Notes under the pieces: generated by a model
Seen by the model: the letters and a program-made list of their open reading frames with translations, nothing else
Database searches by the model: none
Told to the model about the DNA's origin: nothing
Assembly (NCBI GenBank): GCA_036630325.1
Contig: CP142733.1
Coordinates: forward strand, 1 to 64,000
Length of the DNA stretch: 64,000 nucleotides
Reading direction: 5' to 3'
Source of the DNA: Vairimorpha necatrix
Taxonomy: Eukaryota
Shown: one piece after another, positions 51,347-63,710 of the stretch
Layout: each line of letters begins with the position of its first letter
How positions within the stretch are numbered: position 1 is the first letter of the stretch
Translations under genes and position numbers: made by a program

Positions 51347-52836
51347 AAAAATAAAAGATTTATTGAGTTAATTTTCAATTATGTTTAGATATTCATAGCA
51401 CAGCTTTCCCCGGTATCGCTCATGGGATTCAGCTCTTCACAGACTTTGGTTTCTGTGGAATTATTAATGTTTTCCAACTTCACTTTAGCAGCTTCATTCC
51501 CCTTTGCCGACACCACTTCTTTAACAGTCGCCATATTCGCTAGTGCGCTTACAGCTCTAGCCACTTCTTCTTCTCCTGCATCCTCCTGATCGTATCCTCG
51601 TCGTCGTTCCAAAGAGATGGACTCTAGAGTCTTCTTCATCACAATAGACTGGATATATGCTTCCAGGTAGGGTTGGATTTCTAGCTCCCTGATGTACTTT
51701 CTGTGATATTTGGTCACCACTCCATCCCATGTCATTACATAAGGAACTATTCTTGTCCGGGATTTATGTATTAGTCCCAGTTCATTTGCAAGAAGGTCAT
51801 ATTTTCTTAGTTTTTCATTCTCAACTATAGTAAGTCGATCCTGGTTCGTTATACCAACTTCAACTATTAAAATTCCTTTCTTCTTCTTGTCAAACACAAG
51901 AATATCAGGCTTATTATGGGTTACCTTTATATAAGTGGATATTCTCGTATCTACTCTTATTTCTGCACGATCATTTTCCATGATCTCTTGTACTGAGTGT
52001 CCACGTATTTTCTTTGTCTTCTTAAACCCATATTTAATACATAGTAAGAGATGAATGCATCTAACTACCTCGTTGTGTCTTTTCATATAATCAAAACCCA
52101 ACATTCGATCACACTTGGTAGCTAAATGATCCACGGTCTTCCTATGAGATCCACAATGGGGACATTTTCCCTCTTGTCCACAGAAGATATTTCTATCCTG
52201 TAGGAAGCAGTAAATTGCTTCGGATCTAGCCTGATTGTTTCCTTTAACCAGCCAGGTAGAAGAGTCCCTAATGCTTACTAAATCATTGTCCCTAGCTTTA
52301 AACAACTTTCCATGGTTTGTCCTTATGTTAATTTTGTTGTAAAGCGCTTCTTTTTGGGATTCTATTAGCATCTTCTGGGTTATCTCTCCTACAAAGCTAT
52401 ACCTAATCCTTAGATACTCGTTTATTGTAAACAAGTGGGATTTGCTCTCTGCCTCTACTTTAAGTATCGCTGCCCGTCTTAGTGAGCTATTTCTAGACCC
52501 ATCTAATGTTTTATAAATATTCAGAAGCATACTTTCGCTTCTATCTTCGATACTTATGAGGCCTCTGCCCATTTCGGATCTAGGAAGGTATAGTCTTTCC
52601 TTGCAGGCTGGCTGCAGATGGACCTGGTACTTGATAAGTACCTGTCGGATATCAAAATCGAGACTTTTGAAATCTATTGGTTCTAATTTTAATAATCCTA
52701 CATGATAGTTTATTACTGATATTGCATGCTCGTTTATAGCTCGAATCATATTCTTACCATTTAATTGAGTCTTGCACAGTTTTTCAACCCTCTGTAGGAT
52801 CTCACTTCTTACTTTTTCAAAAGTCTCTCTTTTGAT
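51347..52836 (-). mobile_element. 5'-truncated RLE-type (R4/Dong-like) non-LTR retrotransposon, family A
   Basis: 12-bp direct repeat ACCAAACCACAA on both flanks (51335-46, 52837-48). Encodes the RT C-terminal/thumb region, a CCHC motif and an RLE domain. Confidence 0.92.
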
Positions 52837-52848
52837 ACCAAACCACAA
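51385..52848 (-). CDS. C-terminal part of non-LTR ORF (RT thumb, zinc knuckle, restriction-like endonuclease); TTG start lies in the TSD and is not a real start
   Basis: RLYLPRSEMGRGL, CPHC...ETVDH-like (KTVDH)...C, RHNEVV, KPDILV...IVEVG and EKLRKY. No YxDD motif is present. Confidence 0.9.
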   Translation of the reverse strand: MWFGIKRETFEKVRSEILQRVEKLCKTQLNGKNMIRAINEHAISVINYHVGLLKLEPIDFKSLDFDIRQVLIKYQVHLQPACKERLYLPRSEMGRGLISIEDRSESMLLNIYKTLDGSRNSSLRRAAILKVEAESKSHLFTINEYLRIRYSFVGEITQKMLIESQKEALYNKINIRTNHGKLFKARDNDLVSIRDSSTWLVKGNNQARSEAIYCFLQDRNIFCGQEGKCPHCGSHRKTVDHLATKCDRMLGFDYMKRHNEVVRCIHLLLCIKYGFKKTKKIRGHSVQEIMENDRAEIRVDTRISTYIKVTHNKPDILVFDKKKKGILIVEVGITNQDRLTIVENEKLRKYDLLANELGLIHKSRTRIVPYVMTWDGVVTKYHRKYIRELEIQPYLEAYIQSIVMKKTLESISLERRRGYDQEDAGEEEVARAVSALANMATVKEVVSAKGNEAAKVKLENINNSTETKVCEELNPMSDTGESCAMNI

Positions 52849-54593
52849 TAAAAGTATTTTAAATAAAAAACATTTAAAACAGGCAGGCAGAAGCCAGCCT
52901 CACTTTTTTATTATGAATAAAATAAATGATTAATTTTTTGATCAGCATAACATTATATTAAAAAGTGCCAATTATTTATTCCAAGTTTTTCCACCTTACA
53001 AAATTGCTTATTTTTTACTAATTGTAAATTTAAGTGGGGCTTAATAATGAATTCAGTAATTATTATTGTATGTACTTTGTGTTGAAATGCCATTTACTAC
53101 TCTTTATCTTTGTAATACCCAGTTCTAAAATATAGAAAGAATTGTTTTTTGGAATTTATTAACCCCTCTTCATCAAAATTTTAAAAAAATTTATCCATCA
53201 TAAAGTAGAAATTTATTGTTCTAAATGGTAATATTCTATTCAATTTATAACTGTTTTACAATGGATTTCTTGGATATATGCGACTTAGGAGGGTTCCTTG
53301 AATAACTAGAATCTTAATGTTTTATTAATATATGACTAAAACGGAAAAATAAAAGCTGTAAATAAATATTATAATCACTTTTCAAAATAAAAATTTGAAG
53401 CTAGTTCTAAAAAATTCTTGTTTGATTTTTACTCTTCTTTTTAGTAGCTTTTAATTTTCTAAATTGTTTATTTGTCTGTTTTTAATCAAACAAACGATGT
53501 AAATAGTATTTGTCTAGCTATACTAAGCCCGTCTCGTCTGCTGTGAGTCCTCTGAGCAATCAGTTTTACAAAAATAATATAAAAGATTAACTCTACGTTT
53601 TTTTGTTACTACAATAATATACTTTGTAAGACTACACTTTCTATAATTTCATATATTTTAGATTTAAAATTCATTTTTCGATTATTGTTGGTAAACTTTG
53701 ATGCTAAATTTTTTATAGAATCATCTATTATAATTTTTTAAACCTCTCTTCCGTAAAATTGCAATACAATATAACCTTTTAAAAATAGAAAAAATATAGG
53801 AATTTCGCTAAAAATATTTGCTAAATTTTAATTACATTTTAGTTTTTTTAAAATTATATTTTCTAATGTTTTTTGTATTGCTTTTTTATGTTTTTAAAAA
53901 TTTTATCTTCAAAAACTGGCATAAAAAATATTAAAAACTCGTTTTTAAACGCAAAAGATTATTAGTATATTAAAAAAACGCGAAACATTTAGAAAAAGAA
54001 TTTTGGATTTTACCACGAAATTCAAATCAGACAAATGTACGTTTAAAATTAATTTTACAAATGTTATTGTATTATAATTGAATAATCACACAATAGATAT
54101 TGGAATATTTTGCACTTTTTTGTAAAATAAAAATCTTGATCTTTTTTTTAAATTCTTTTGCATAAATGACAATCCAAAGAAAATATTTAAATAGAGATAA
54201 AAAAGACATATCTCTCTTTTAAACGTTTAGTTTAAACTGGCATTAGATTACTTCAATAGTTTGATAATAATGAACAATTAAACTTATTAAATCTAAAAAA
54301 TAAAATTTCAAAAATTCTACATAATAATTTACTTATTGTTAAAAAGAGGCATTTAGTTTACGGCAAGATAAAAAATATATTTGTTTTTTCGAACGAGTAA
54401 ATTTATTTTTATGATCTAAATCACTACTTTACTTTATCAAATCTATTCTTATTTACAAAACTGATCAAAATAAAGGAAATAATGTATGAATTTCGAAAAC
54501 CTATATAATAAATTTTTATCTTGATCGTTAAATTAAATTTTTAGTAAATGAACGAATTAACGTAAGTATAAATACCATTAAAAAATATCCCAC

Positions 54594-56231
54594 ATGATTA
54601 GTATTAAAGTTTTGCTCTGGATTTCAATGGTAAAGCCTGATCTAAGAAAAGAGATATATAATAATTTTAAAGACGAATTAGAAATTAAACTAGACATTGG
54701 TGATTTCATTACCATTGATAAAAATGAATTGCATGAACTAGAATATATTGAATTTGAAGAAACTCTTGATAGTTATATCATAAATTTTAAGACGACCATA
54801 TCTGAGTTTGTGTTGGAAATTAGAAATGATAAATGTATATCGGATGTATCTAGTCAAATTTATAAAGAAATCAAAACTTATTATGGATTATCATCTTACC
54901 CTAGATTGTTGGTGTATAACCAAAATAATCTTCCGTTAAGTAAATCTATTAAAAAAATAATCAATACTTTGAAGACATTAAATAGACATAGCAATAATGC
55001 TAAACCCAAAGATTACTGTTTTGATGATATTATTGAAAAGAGTAGTATGTTATATGACGCTATGATATTTATTATGAATAACATTGATGAAAATGCATAT
55101 TTTAACGAATTACGTTATGTCAAAAGAGATAATACATTTTTTATTAATTTATTTTTCCATAATAATGATCTCCTTTACTATTTCGAAATTGATGTTAAAA
55201 ACCTCAATTTAAGAAAAATTTTTCGTGAAAAGGTACTAAAGTCTCTTAAAAATATCAACTTTAATCAAGAAATAATTAGATATGTTTTTAAATTATATGG
55301 CATCAATGAACTAAGTAATATCATCAATGATTTCCACTATAAACTCCAAAGATCAAATGATAGAGTATTAGTAGTATTTAATAAATATGGAAATACATCT
55401 GAAAAGGATTTAACTGAACATAATGCTCATATAATTAATGATGGTATGGGTTCGATGCATAAAAGTGTGTTATCAGAAGAAGGATTAAAAGAATTAAATA
55501 AAATTCATAAATATCTAGATACAATAATAATTAGAGAATTTGAGCATATAGAAATATTTTACCGACTGATTGAAAGTAATTGTCTCGTAGAAATGCTACT
55601 AGAAAGAATTTTGTTTAACACTGGTAAAGGACTAAATATATTCTTTATCAATTTTTGTCTAAATATTAATTTGTTGTGCAAAAATGATCTAATAGTTTTT
55701 AATGAGAATTCCTTCGTGAATCAAAATTCAGACAAGACTCTTTGCGTTAAAGATATAACTAAAAAGAAGAAAATACTACATAGAATTGTTGATTTTCTAA
55801 CAAATTATAAATTTAGTAATAGCTATTTGATTAAAACCTGTCTATTTATTGAGGCTGAAACTATTTTAAATGAAAAAGAAGATTCAGGCAAAGAAGTATT
55901 TCAAATATTAAAGATTATTGGAAATATAGTTGGTCAAGAAAATATAGCAAATACCTTTTATTTAAAAAAAAAAGAATCTAAATCATATGATCTAATTGCA
56001 ATATATGAGAACATGTTCTATCATAAGGGGCTTATTTTTCATTGTATTACACGTATGTGGGAGAAAATCTTTGAAACTATATCTTTTGTGATCGGAGTTG
56101 AAAACGTAGTAAATATCGAAGGATTTAATTTTAAATTTAATAATGAAAATAGAGATTGTTCCTTTGTTGACATCGATGAAGTAAATAAATATAGGGATGA
56201 CTTATCAAGAAAACTTGGAAAACGAGTTTAA
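54594..56231 (+). CDS. Hypothetical protein, 545 aa, probable signal peptide; family member 2 (shorter C-terminus)
   Basis: ATCCCAC precedes the ATG. YRLIESNCLVEMLLERIL and SYLIKTCLFIEAE match the paralogs. Confidence 0.88.
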   Translation: MISIKVLLWISMVKPDLRKEIYNNFKDELEIKLDIGDFITIDKNELHELEYIEFEETLDSYIINFKTTISEFVLEIRNDKCISDVSSQIYKEIKTYYGLSSYPRLLVYNQNNLPLSKSIKKIINTLKTLNRHSNNAKPKDYCFDDIIEKSSMLYDAMIFIMNNIDENAYFNELRYVKRDNTFFINLFFHNNDLLYYFEIDVKNLNLRKIFREKVLKSLKNINFNQEIIRYVFKLYGINELSNIINDFHYKLQRSNDRVLVVFNKYGNTSEKDLTEHNAHIINDGMGSMHKSVLSEEGLKELNKIHKYLDTIIIREFEHIEIFYRLIESNCLVEMLLERILFNTGKGLNIFFINFCLNINLLCKNDLIVFNENSFVNQNSDKTLCVKDITKKKKILHRIVDFLTNYKFSNSYLIKTCLFIEAETILNEKEDSGKEVFQILKIIGNIVGQENIANTFYLKKKESKSYDLIAIYENMFYHKGLIFHCITRMWEKIFETISFVIGVENVVNIEGFNFKFNNENRDCSFVDIDEVNKYRDDLSRKLGKRV

Positions 56232-57849
56232 GAACTTGAACAAAGGTATAAATACCTTTGTTTTAAATTGTATATAAAATTGTTACATTAAATTTATAAT
56301 TTAAAGTATTGTTCATTGAATATTTAGAAAATATATTATTTTTTTCTTTTTTTTTACAGAATTTGAAATACGTTTAACATATCTATACTAAGTCTTTATT
56401 TTTTAAAATAAACAAGTTATAAAATCAATATTAAAAATGAAATTTTTATATTTATTAGATATCCATATGTAGTTCAAAAAAATTATGTAATTTTTGTTGT
56501 CGAATACTATAAATTAACACGAGACGACATGGAATGTCGATAAAACAATCTTTCTAGAGATTTATAAAACTTTTATTGAAAAATTATTATACTAATAGAT
56601 AATATGTGTTGGAAAGGGCTACGAAATTAATTTGTATTGAAAAATTTAATAATAGATATAATAAATTTGTCCTAAATATATATATATATATATATATGGT
56701 TTATTTGAACTACATATTGTAATATTATAGAGAGATTTGAGAATAATTTAAGTTGAAAATCCTATGTACACACAGCTACTCGGCCATAAGAATATCTAGT
56801 AGTACAATACGCACACAAGCTTTTACTTATTTTATAACATGAAATACAAAAAAAAACTTGATCAGTATCGAGTAAAAAATACATCAGATAAAAGAATCAG
56901 AATGCTGTCAAGGTAAAAGTAGCAATAGGGCTTTTGATAATATAGAATATAGTTGTGAAAATGCGACACTTCTGTTTTACATATCAAAAGGGAATGTGGA
57001 CCATAAAGAACAACATGTTAGACGAAATAACTTTGATTTCGATCTCTGCATATATAACATATGGAATATACTTTATAAATATCTTATTTTTAGACTTTTG
57101 TCTAATTATATGTACAAACAAGTGCTTTATAAGGATTACTTCATTCTTGTTTCAACGTGATAAGTAATGCACACAAATATTTCTCAGACAAATCATTTCT
57201 AAACGCGATTTTGGCAGCTTAAAATTAATAGTTAAAAAAAGTTGATAAAATGCAGTCTCTATAATATTAAACCAATTACATCTGTTTATGTGGTTTATAC
57301 TTATATTACATATAACATTAAAACAACCTTAATAATTTTAAAATAATAAATATTTATAAAAACTTATATTTATGATGAAATATTTATCCGAAATATTTGC
57401 CTTTTTATTGTATTTTAATGCATTATATATTTCAAGATGATTCATATAAGCATTTCGTTGTAATCTTATGAATTAATAAGAATGTAAACCAGGAGATGAA
57501 ATTGTAAAAATCTTTTTTAATACATATTTTTTGTATTTTTTGACTAATAACCAATATTAGATATTTCTTTATCTATAAACATTAAATAATATTATTTAAA
57601 AGTCTAATTTGGTGTAAATAAATATGTGTTCGAATCACATGAAAAAAGAGAAATATAAATTTATAACTCTTAAACAGATATGTTATCGGAAAATTATACA
57701 TTTTTAGGGCTTTGGTTGTTTTTTTTACATGCCATGGTTCGTTTAAAAACTGGTATTTTTTTTCTTAATAAAAAAAACTATTGACTGCAATAACTTCTAA
57801 TAGGTCATTAAAAAATCTTAAATTACTATTTATTTGTCGTATGATTTCT

Positions 57850-59910
57850 TTCTTGTCTAACTGTTCTTTTAGAATTTTTATAAAATATTCAATTTTCTCT
57901 TTTCAAAGACATACTACAAAAAACCTTCTGAATGATCCTATTGAGGCTTAATTAGGTATATTTTACAATTTTTTCTTGAATTTTCTTTTAAATACATATT
58001 TATTATTAATAAATGTTTATCTATAAATATTGTTTGTGCCTATAAATTAAGTCTTTGAATGTTTTATGACTGTAATTCCGATATACAGTCGTCAATATAT
58101 CTTCTATCATAAATGTCTCTTCAAACCATTTTTTTGGTTTCTATTTTTCAATAATAGATTCTAATTGATATTCTAGAATTTTCTTGTATATAACGTAAAA
58201 ACATTTATCTAATAATGATTTTTTATGCATACTCTTTATACAATATATTCCTCTTTGATTTGAATTTCTTCCCGTGTATTTGCTTTTGACTTTTTTCTTA
58301 AAAAATATTATAATTTTCTAACTTGGCAGAATCGAGCTTTAGATTAAAGATGACATTATATATTTTTTCTTATATACTTTTTCAACCGATTTTTGTAATA
58401 ATTAACATTGATAGAGCTAGAACGAGAGAACATCCTAATTACATACAGAGGTCTTTTATTACTTTTTTTTCTATATAAACCACAAAAATCATTGTTTACA
58501 TATACTATGTTAAAAATTTCTAATTTTTTATTGTGATTTTTGATACCTAACCTACCTTATTCTTTTTTAATTTTTTTGCCAAAACAATGTCCCTATATAT
58601 ATAAATATTTGGAATAATAAAAATTTACTTACTTAAATTTTATTATTATTTTTTTGCTTCTAACAATAAACAAAAGGCAATAAAATAAAAATTAGTAGAA
58701 AGAAATAGTTTTTAGATTTCAGCTAACAGATTGAAGTTGAGATCTTAAACATTACCCCGTATTTTTTGTTACGCATTATATTATGCAAAGTATTTTTTTT
58801 CTATCATATTTTTTCCATACATTTTATAAGCAAATATTATATTTAATGGGGTACCCTTATTATTTATGATTCTTTTAATAAAAAATCGATTTTATTATTT
58901 TTTTTTTTAATATATTGTAAAACGTTTTAATAGCTTTAGTTTTTTCATTGCTATGTTAAATAGAAAATATTCATTATAATTCTGTAAAAATTCATTTTTT
59001 GTTTAATTTTATTCCTGGTCAATTTTTTTTTAACAAAATCGTATTGAATATACATTTGTATTTAAAAATAATCTCTCAAAAGCCATTTGTGATATAAAAT
59101 AGTCCCCTTCAACAATTAAAACAATTTTTCTTTTTGTATACTTTACAATAAATTATCATTTGTGACATAAGTCAACTTGAAATCGTCATAGGATAGCTTG
59201 TGTATATGTATAAGTTTATTTTTTATTTCAACATTGCCTTCTTTCCGATTAAACATTTTGTATCAATCAAATAATAAAGTTCATCAAGCAAAGCTCAAAA
59301 AAGTAACGTATATTATTTATCTCAATATTCGAAGCAACATAATAATTAGCATTAAAAGAATTTATATAATACTAAATTGTGGACTGGTGCGCTTCTTGAT
59401 TTGATTTAATGATGAAATAAATAATTTTTTGCAATTTATCATCTGTATAACGAATTTTTCATAAATAATTCCGAAAATTTTGTTTCTGCTTTTTTTGAAG
59501 ATTCATTTCTTTCAGCTTTTCTATTAACATTCTAATATTAGGATGGGCGTGATAATCATGCATTTCATATATATACACAAAAATAAGTTATTGAGGTGCT
59601 TTATTGGCGTTTCTATATTATCCTCTGTTTGATGAATAATATTATAACTAGTATTATTTTCCAATTTGATATCAAATTGGCCTAAGTTATTTCTATGGTA
59701 TAGATAAAAGCCTATACCTGACACTTTAAATGTAATAAATTTATGAAAATGGTTTGCTTAAGAAGTTGTTCTGGTGAGTTGTTCAGAGTTGTCTGTAGAC
59801 ATATAATCTTTATTTTCTATTCTTTTCATAAGCTTATAATGCATTGTATCAATCAAAATACGGCTAGCTTGGATATAACTAATTATAGCTGCTATTTTAA
59901 CGGTATACAT
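57850..59910 (-). pseudogene. Heavily decayed family member 4 (3' limit approximate)
   Basis: GCCCTATT-ATG at 59910 reads MYTVKIAAIISYIQAS, then after a shift KRIENKDYMSTD, and later NIEINNIRYFFELCL. These resemble family motifs, with many stops in between. Confidence 0.55.
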
Positions 59911-61413
59911 AATAGGGCACATATATTTTCATTTCATACAAATTTTTTTTTTAATTATTTAGAAAACACGCCTGTAAAAATTATTGATAAACAAAAATAT
60001 TTTTTTATATTTATACTTATTATGATATACCAAATATCATAAAATATTATTTTAAAATCTTTGCCTCCAAATTCGTCTAGTTTCCCCTTAACATTTAATT
60101 AAATATTTTATCCAGAGAATTGCTTCGGATGAGGAAAGAATGAATGAAAACAATAATAAAAATCATTTAGATACTTTCCATATCTTTTTTATGCATCAAA
60201 ACAATAGATGCATTTGTTTTACTGTCATAAAATTCCATTTATTACAACTACATCTATCAAAGTGATAAAACATAAAAAAAATTTATCGTGGCACTTAATA
60301 AAAATTTACTTCTACAATCTCTAATATTTTTTTGTTTTGTTTGTGATTATTATGACGTATTCAATTTATTTGAAAAATTTGCTAGAAATATTTTTTTATT
60401 TTATATCAGGTATAGGTTACTAATATGATATCAAAAAATAATAGCAACAAAATAATATATAGGAAAAAATTAAAAATATATCTCTACGAAAATTTTCGTC
60501 AAACGTATAAAGATAAGAAACCACGCTAATAATTAACATGATGTCTTATAGATAATTTTTCAACCATGAATATTATGCCGAGTCCAAATGTTTTTTCTGC
60601 CATTATATTGGCACGAGGCAATAAAATATTTGTGTGCTTTAAAGTGTTATTATCGCGTTCTGCAATAATTTATAATGCTTTACAACTACGTATTCATTAC
60701 TTCATTATCAAATCAATAATTTAGAATTATATTTTCAATAGTAATTTCATTTACTTGTTTACTTCGAAAAAAGAGTTCTTGTAATATTTACATTTTTGTT
60801 CTGTGAAAAATATCAGAAGTCTGTTTCAATCTCAAAAAAGGTTGTATGCTATAAGAAAATTGAATTTTAGCTTCTATTGTACTTCTTATCGTATTTTATG
60901 CACATGTCGTCAATGTTTTGTAATATAAAACAGAACAAAAGAACTTTAATATTATCTCCGATTATTTACAAGCTATATTTTGCCTTTTTATTTAAAACAG
61001 AAGTTCAGTATGGTTAATTATATCATATTTCTAATGTACAAGTATATAAATTGTTTATTTTTATATTAACAAACGTCATATCACGATCTTACCAAATTAT
61101 ACGGATTCAAATGTCATCTGTTTTTTAGTCAAGAAGAATTATTTATAATGTTTAATTTTCTATAATTCATTACATGTTTTTTCTACAACAAAACTCATAC
61201 GGTAATCAACTTGACTTTAAATAGTATAGTGCGACTTCGTCTTTCTGTTTAAGGCATGTTAGTGCCATAGAAAAATCAATAATGGATTCTTGAGTAATGT
61301 AAATTAAGAATTTTTTTTTGCAAAATAAATTTCAAAACTTAATGACAGAATTTATAAATAGAATAATGAGCCATTCCTTAAGTCCAAAAAACATAATGTA
61401 AATTATTTTTATT

Positions 61414-63710
61414 TTATGTCAGTTTTTTTAAAATCTCTACCATTTTCTCAGAAAGTATTAATCCCGTGTTACTATTCAAAAGAATCAAGAGATCCTTTTC
61501 TCTAAATATTGAAGAATTTTCCGATAAGTTCATAGCATATTGTGTTTTTATTGGCAAATCAACAGTAAAATTACTTTCAAATAATTCAATAAGTATTTTA
61601 TGGAGGTATTCTGCCCTATTTTTTCTAGCATTTTTTTGTATGTTATCTCTTATATGTCTAATTAAGTTCTGTTTTTCATGATTTTTATACCGCGTTATCA
61701 ATTCGCTATCAACACGCTTTACTATAGAATCTATTTCTTCAATAATTATTTTATTGTTTTCAAAGATTTTTTCAAGTTCTGTTATCCCCGCATTTTTTAA
61801 TTCGATCTCGAATTTTGTTCTTTTTTCTTTGTCCCATAAATTTTCAACTTTTCTACATAAAGCGTCATTTTCTATATTTATTATCTTACCGTTTTGTTTT
61901 ATTTTATTAATTGATTCTAGAATATTTTCGACGCCGTGGTTAAAACGTTTAAGTTCCTCTTCTTTTAGAGATTTTGTAACAATCTTAAACTGAATTTTCG
62001 TGACTTCGTGTTCTAAAAGATTTAGTATATCTTTTTTATGATCTTCTTTGACATTTTTTTTTAATTTTTGGATTATTGATGTGTTATTACTTTCTACATC
62101 GCTTTTGATAAATCCTAAAGTTTTGAGAACTATATCTTTTTTCGTAAAGTATGATTGAAGTGAAATTTTACAAGTATTCTGATCTAATCCTGTAAACAAT
62201 GATGAAATTATAACGACATGCCTCGAAATTAACATTTCATATATCTCAAAATACTGCAAGTGATTATTTACTAATTCTCGGAATATAATTAATAAACTAA
62301 GATTTTATTTTTTAGTTAATATCCACGATGCAATTATATTTATCATACTACTTAAAGCTTTTTTTGATTTAATGAGATTTCCTATTTTTTTCAAAGTACC
62401 AAATATTGAGTCATGATTAATATCAATTTCATTTATGTAATTTTCGGCTTCGATGAATAAACAAATTTTCAATAAATAAGTATTTGAAGCACACGCACGG
62501 TCTAATAAGTTATCCAATAAACTGACAAAAAAATCTATTTGATCAATTTATTTATATACCCACCCATTAATATTTTAGTAAATTCATTTTCTTTTATTAA
62601 TTCTAAATCCATTAAAATATGAGTAAAGATTATTTTTAGTGCCGTATCATGTTTATTTAGAATTCTATTAGCAAGAAATTCTATTGCATTATTACCTTGT
62701 ATTAATTTAAAAAAAAAATCAAGGATTTTGAATTTTTCTTTCTCTTGTATCAGTGCTGAAAATTTTTTAAATATCTCCTGAAATTCATAAAAGCATTCTT
62801 TGTCGATGTTTTTACTGTTAGGAGAATACTTGTAAACATCAGATTTTTGTGAAAAATATATTTTATCATTTTTAATTTCAATCTCAAATACATCATCACA
62901 GGACTCAATTTTGTTTTCTGTACAATACGGGAAACCTTTTTTATTTTTTGTGTTAATATTTTCAATTAAAACAAATTTATACAAATCATAGAAATGTTTA
63001 ACAATCAAACCATCAGTTGCATTACAATTTAATGATTCTATATCAATCAAGTTATAAAGTCTTTCGATTGCGAGTTTTTGGACATTTACTACAAAGAAAT
63101 AATAAACGTTTTCACATTTAATACAAAAATTAACAAACCCCGAGTTATTATTTTTTACATATGTAATTTCAGAATTGTTATTATTAGGATTATAATTATA
63201 ATCATACTCAGTTTTTATTTTCTTAAATATTTTAAACCATAGTGAATTATTATCGATAATGTATTCATAAAAAATATCTGAAGTTTTTTCTCTTATATCA
63301 TTTAGTTCTGTTAATTCATTTATTATTTTTTTAAAAATTATATTGTAATAAAAATAGCGAGGGTTGTAAATTAATACAATTGATTCCATGAAATTAGGAG
63401 TACATTCGTGTATTAATTTTTCTTCAAACTCTCTTACAATATTTTGAATCGATTTATTGTCACATTTAACTTTAAGATTTTTTAGTTTTTCTTTTTTAGA
63501 TTTATTTGGAGTTAATCTTATTACATCTGCGTTAAGTTCATTTCTAGGCTTATAAAATCTTAGTATTACAATTAAATATTGTTTTTCAAGACTCAACGTG
63601 CGATAATCTCTTCTGTCAATTTTATCATGTACCACACTCTTGAAATTGGAGTACACATGTTGACAATTTCTAACAAAAAGTGCAAAGAATAATATTTCAG
63701 AAAGAATCAT
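61414..63710 (-). pseudogene. Family member 3 (~765 codons), split by one frameshift (~62538) and one in-frame TAA (62305-07)
   Basis: ORFs 62535-63710, 62305-62517 and 61414-62259 are colinear with the 732-aa paralog (FKLIQGNNAIEFLANRIL, TYLLKICLFIEAE, ISSLFTGLD). ATCCCC precedes the ATG. Confidence 0.85.

Noticed and set aside
51061-52909. Assignment as RNase P/MRP, SRP, U1/U2 or telomerase RNA
   Set aside because: Only short partial resemblances (AAAGTCACCCC, CAGAAGCCAGCCT, TATGCAC loop). The required pairings and order were not found.
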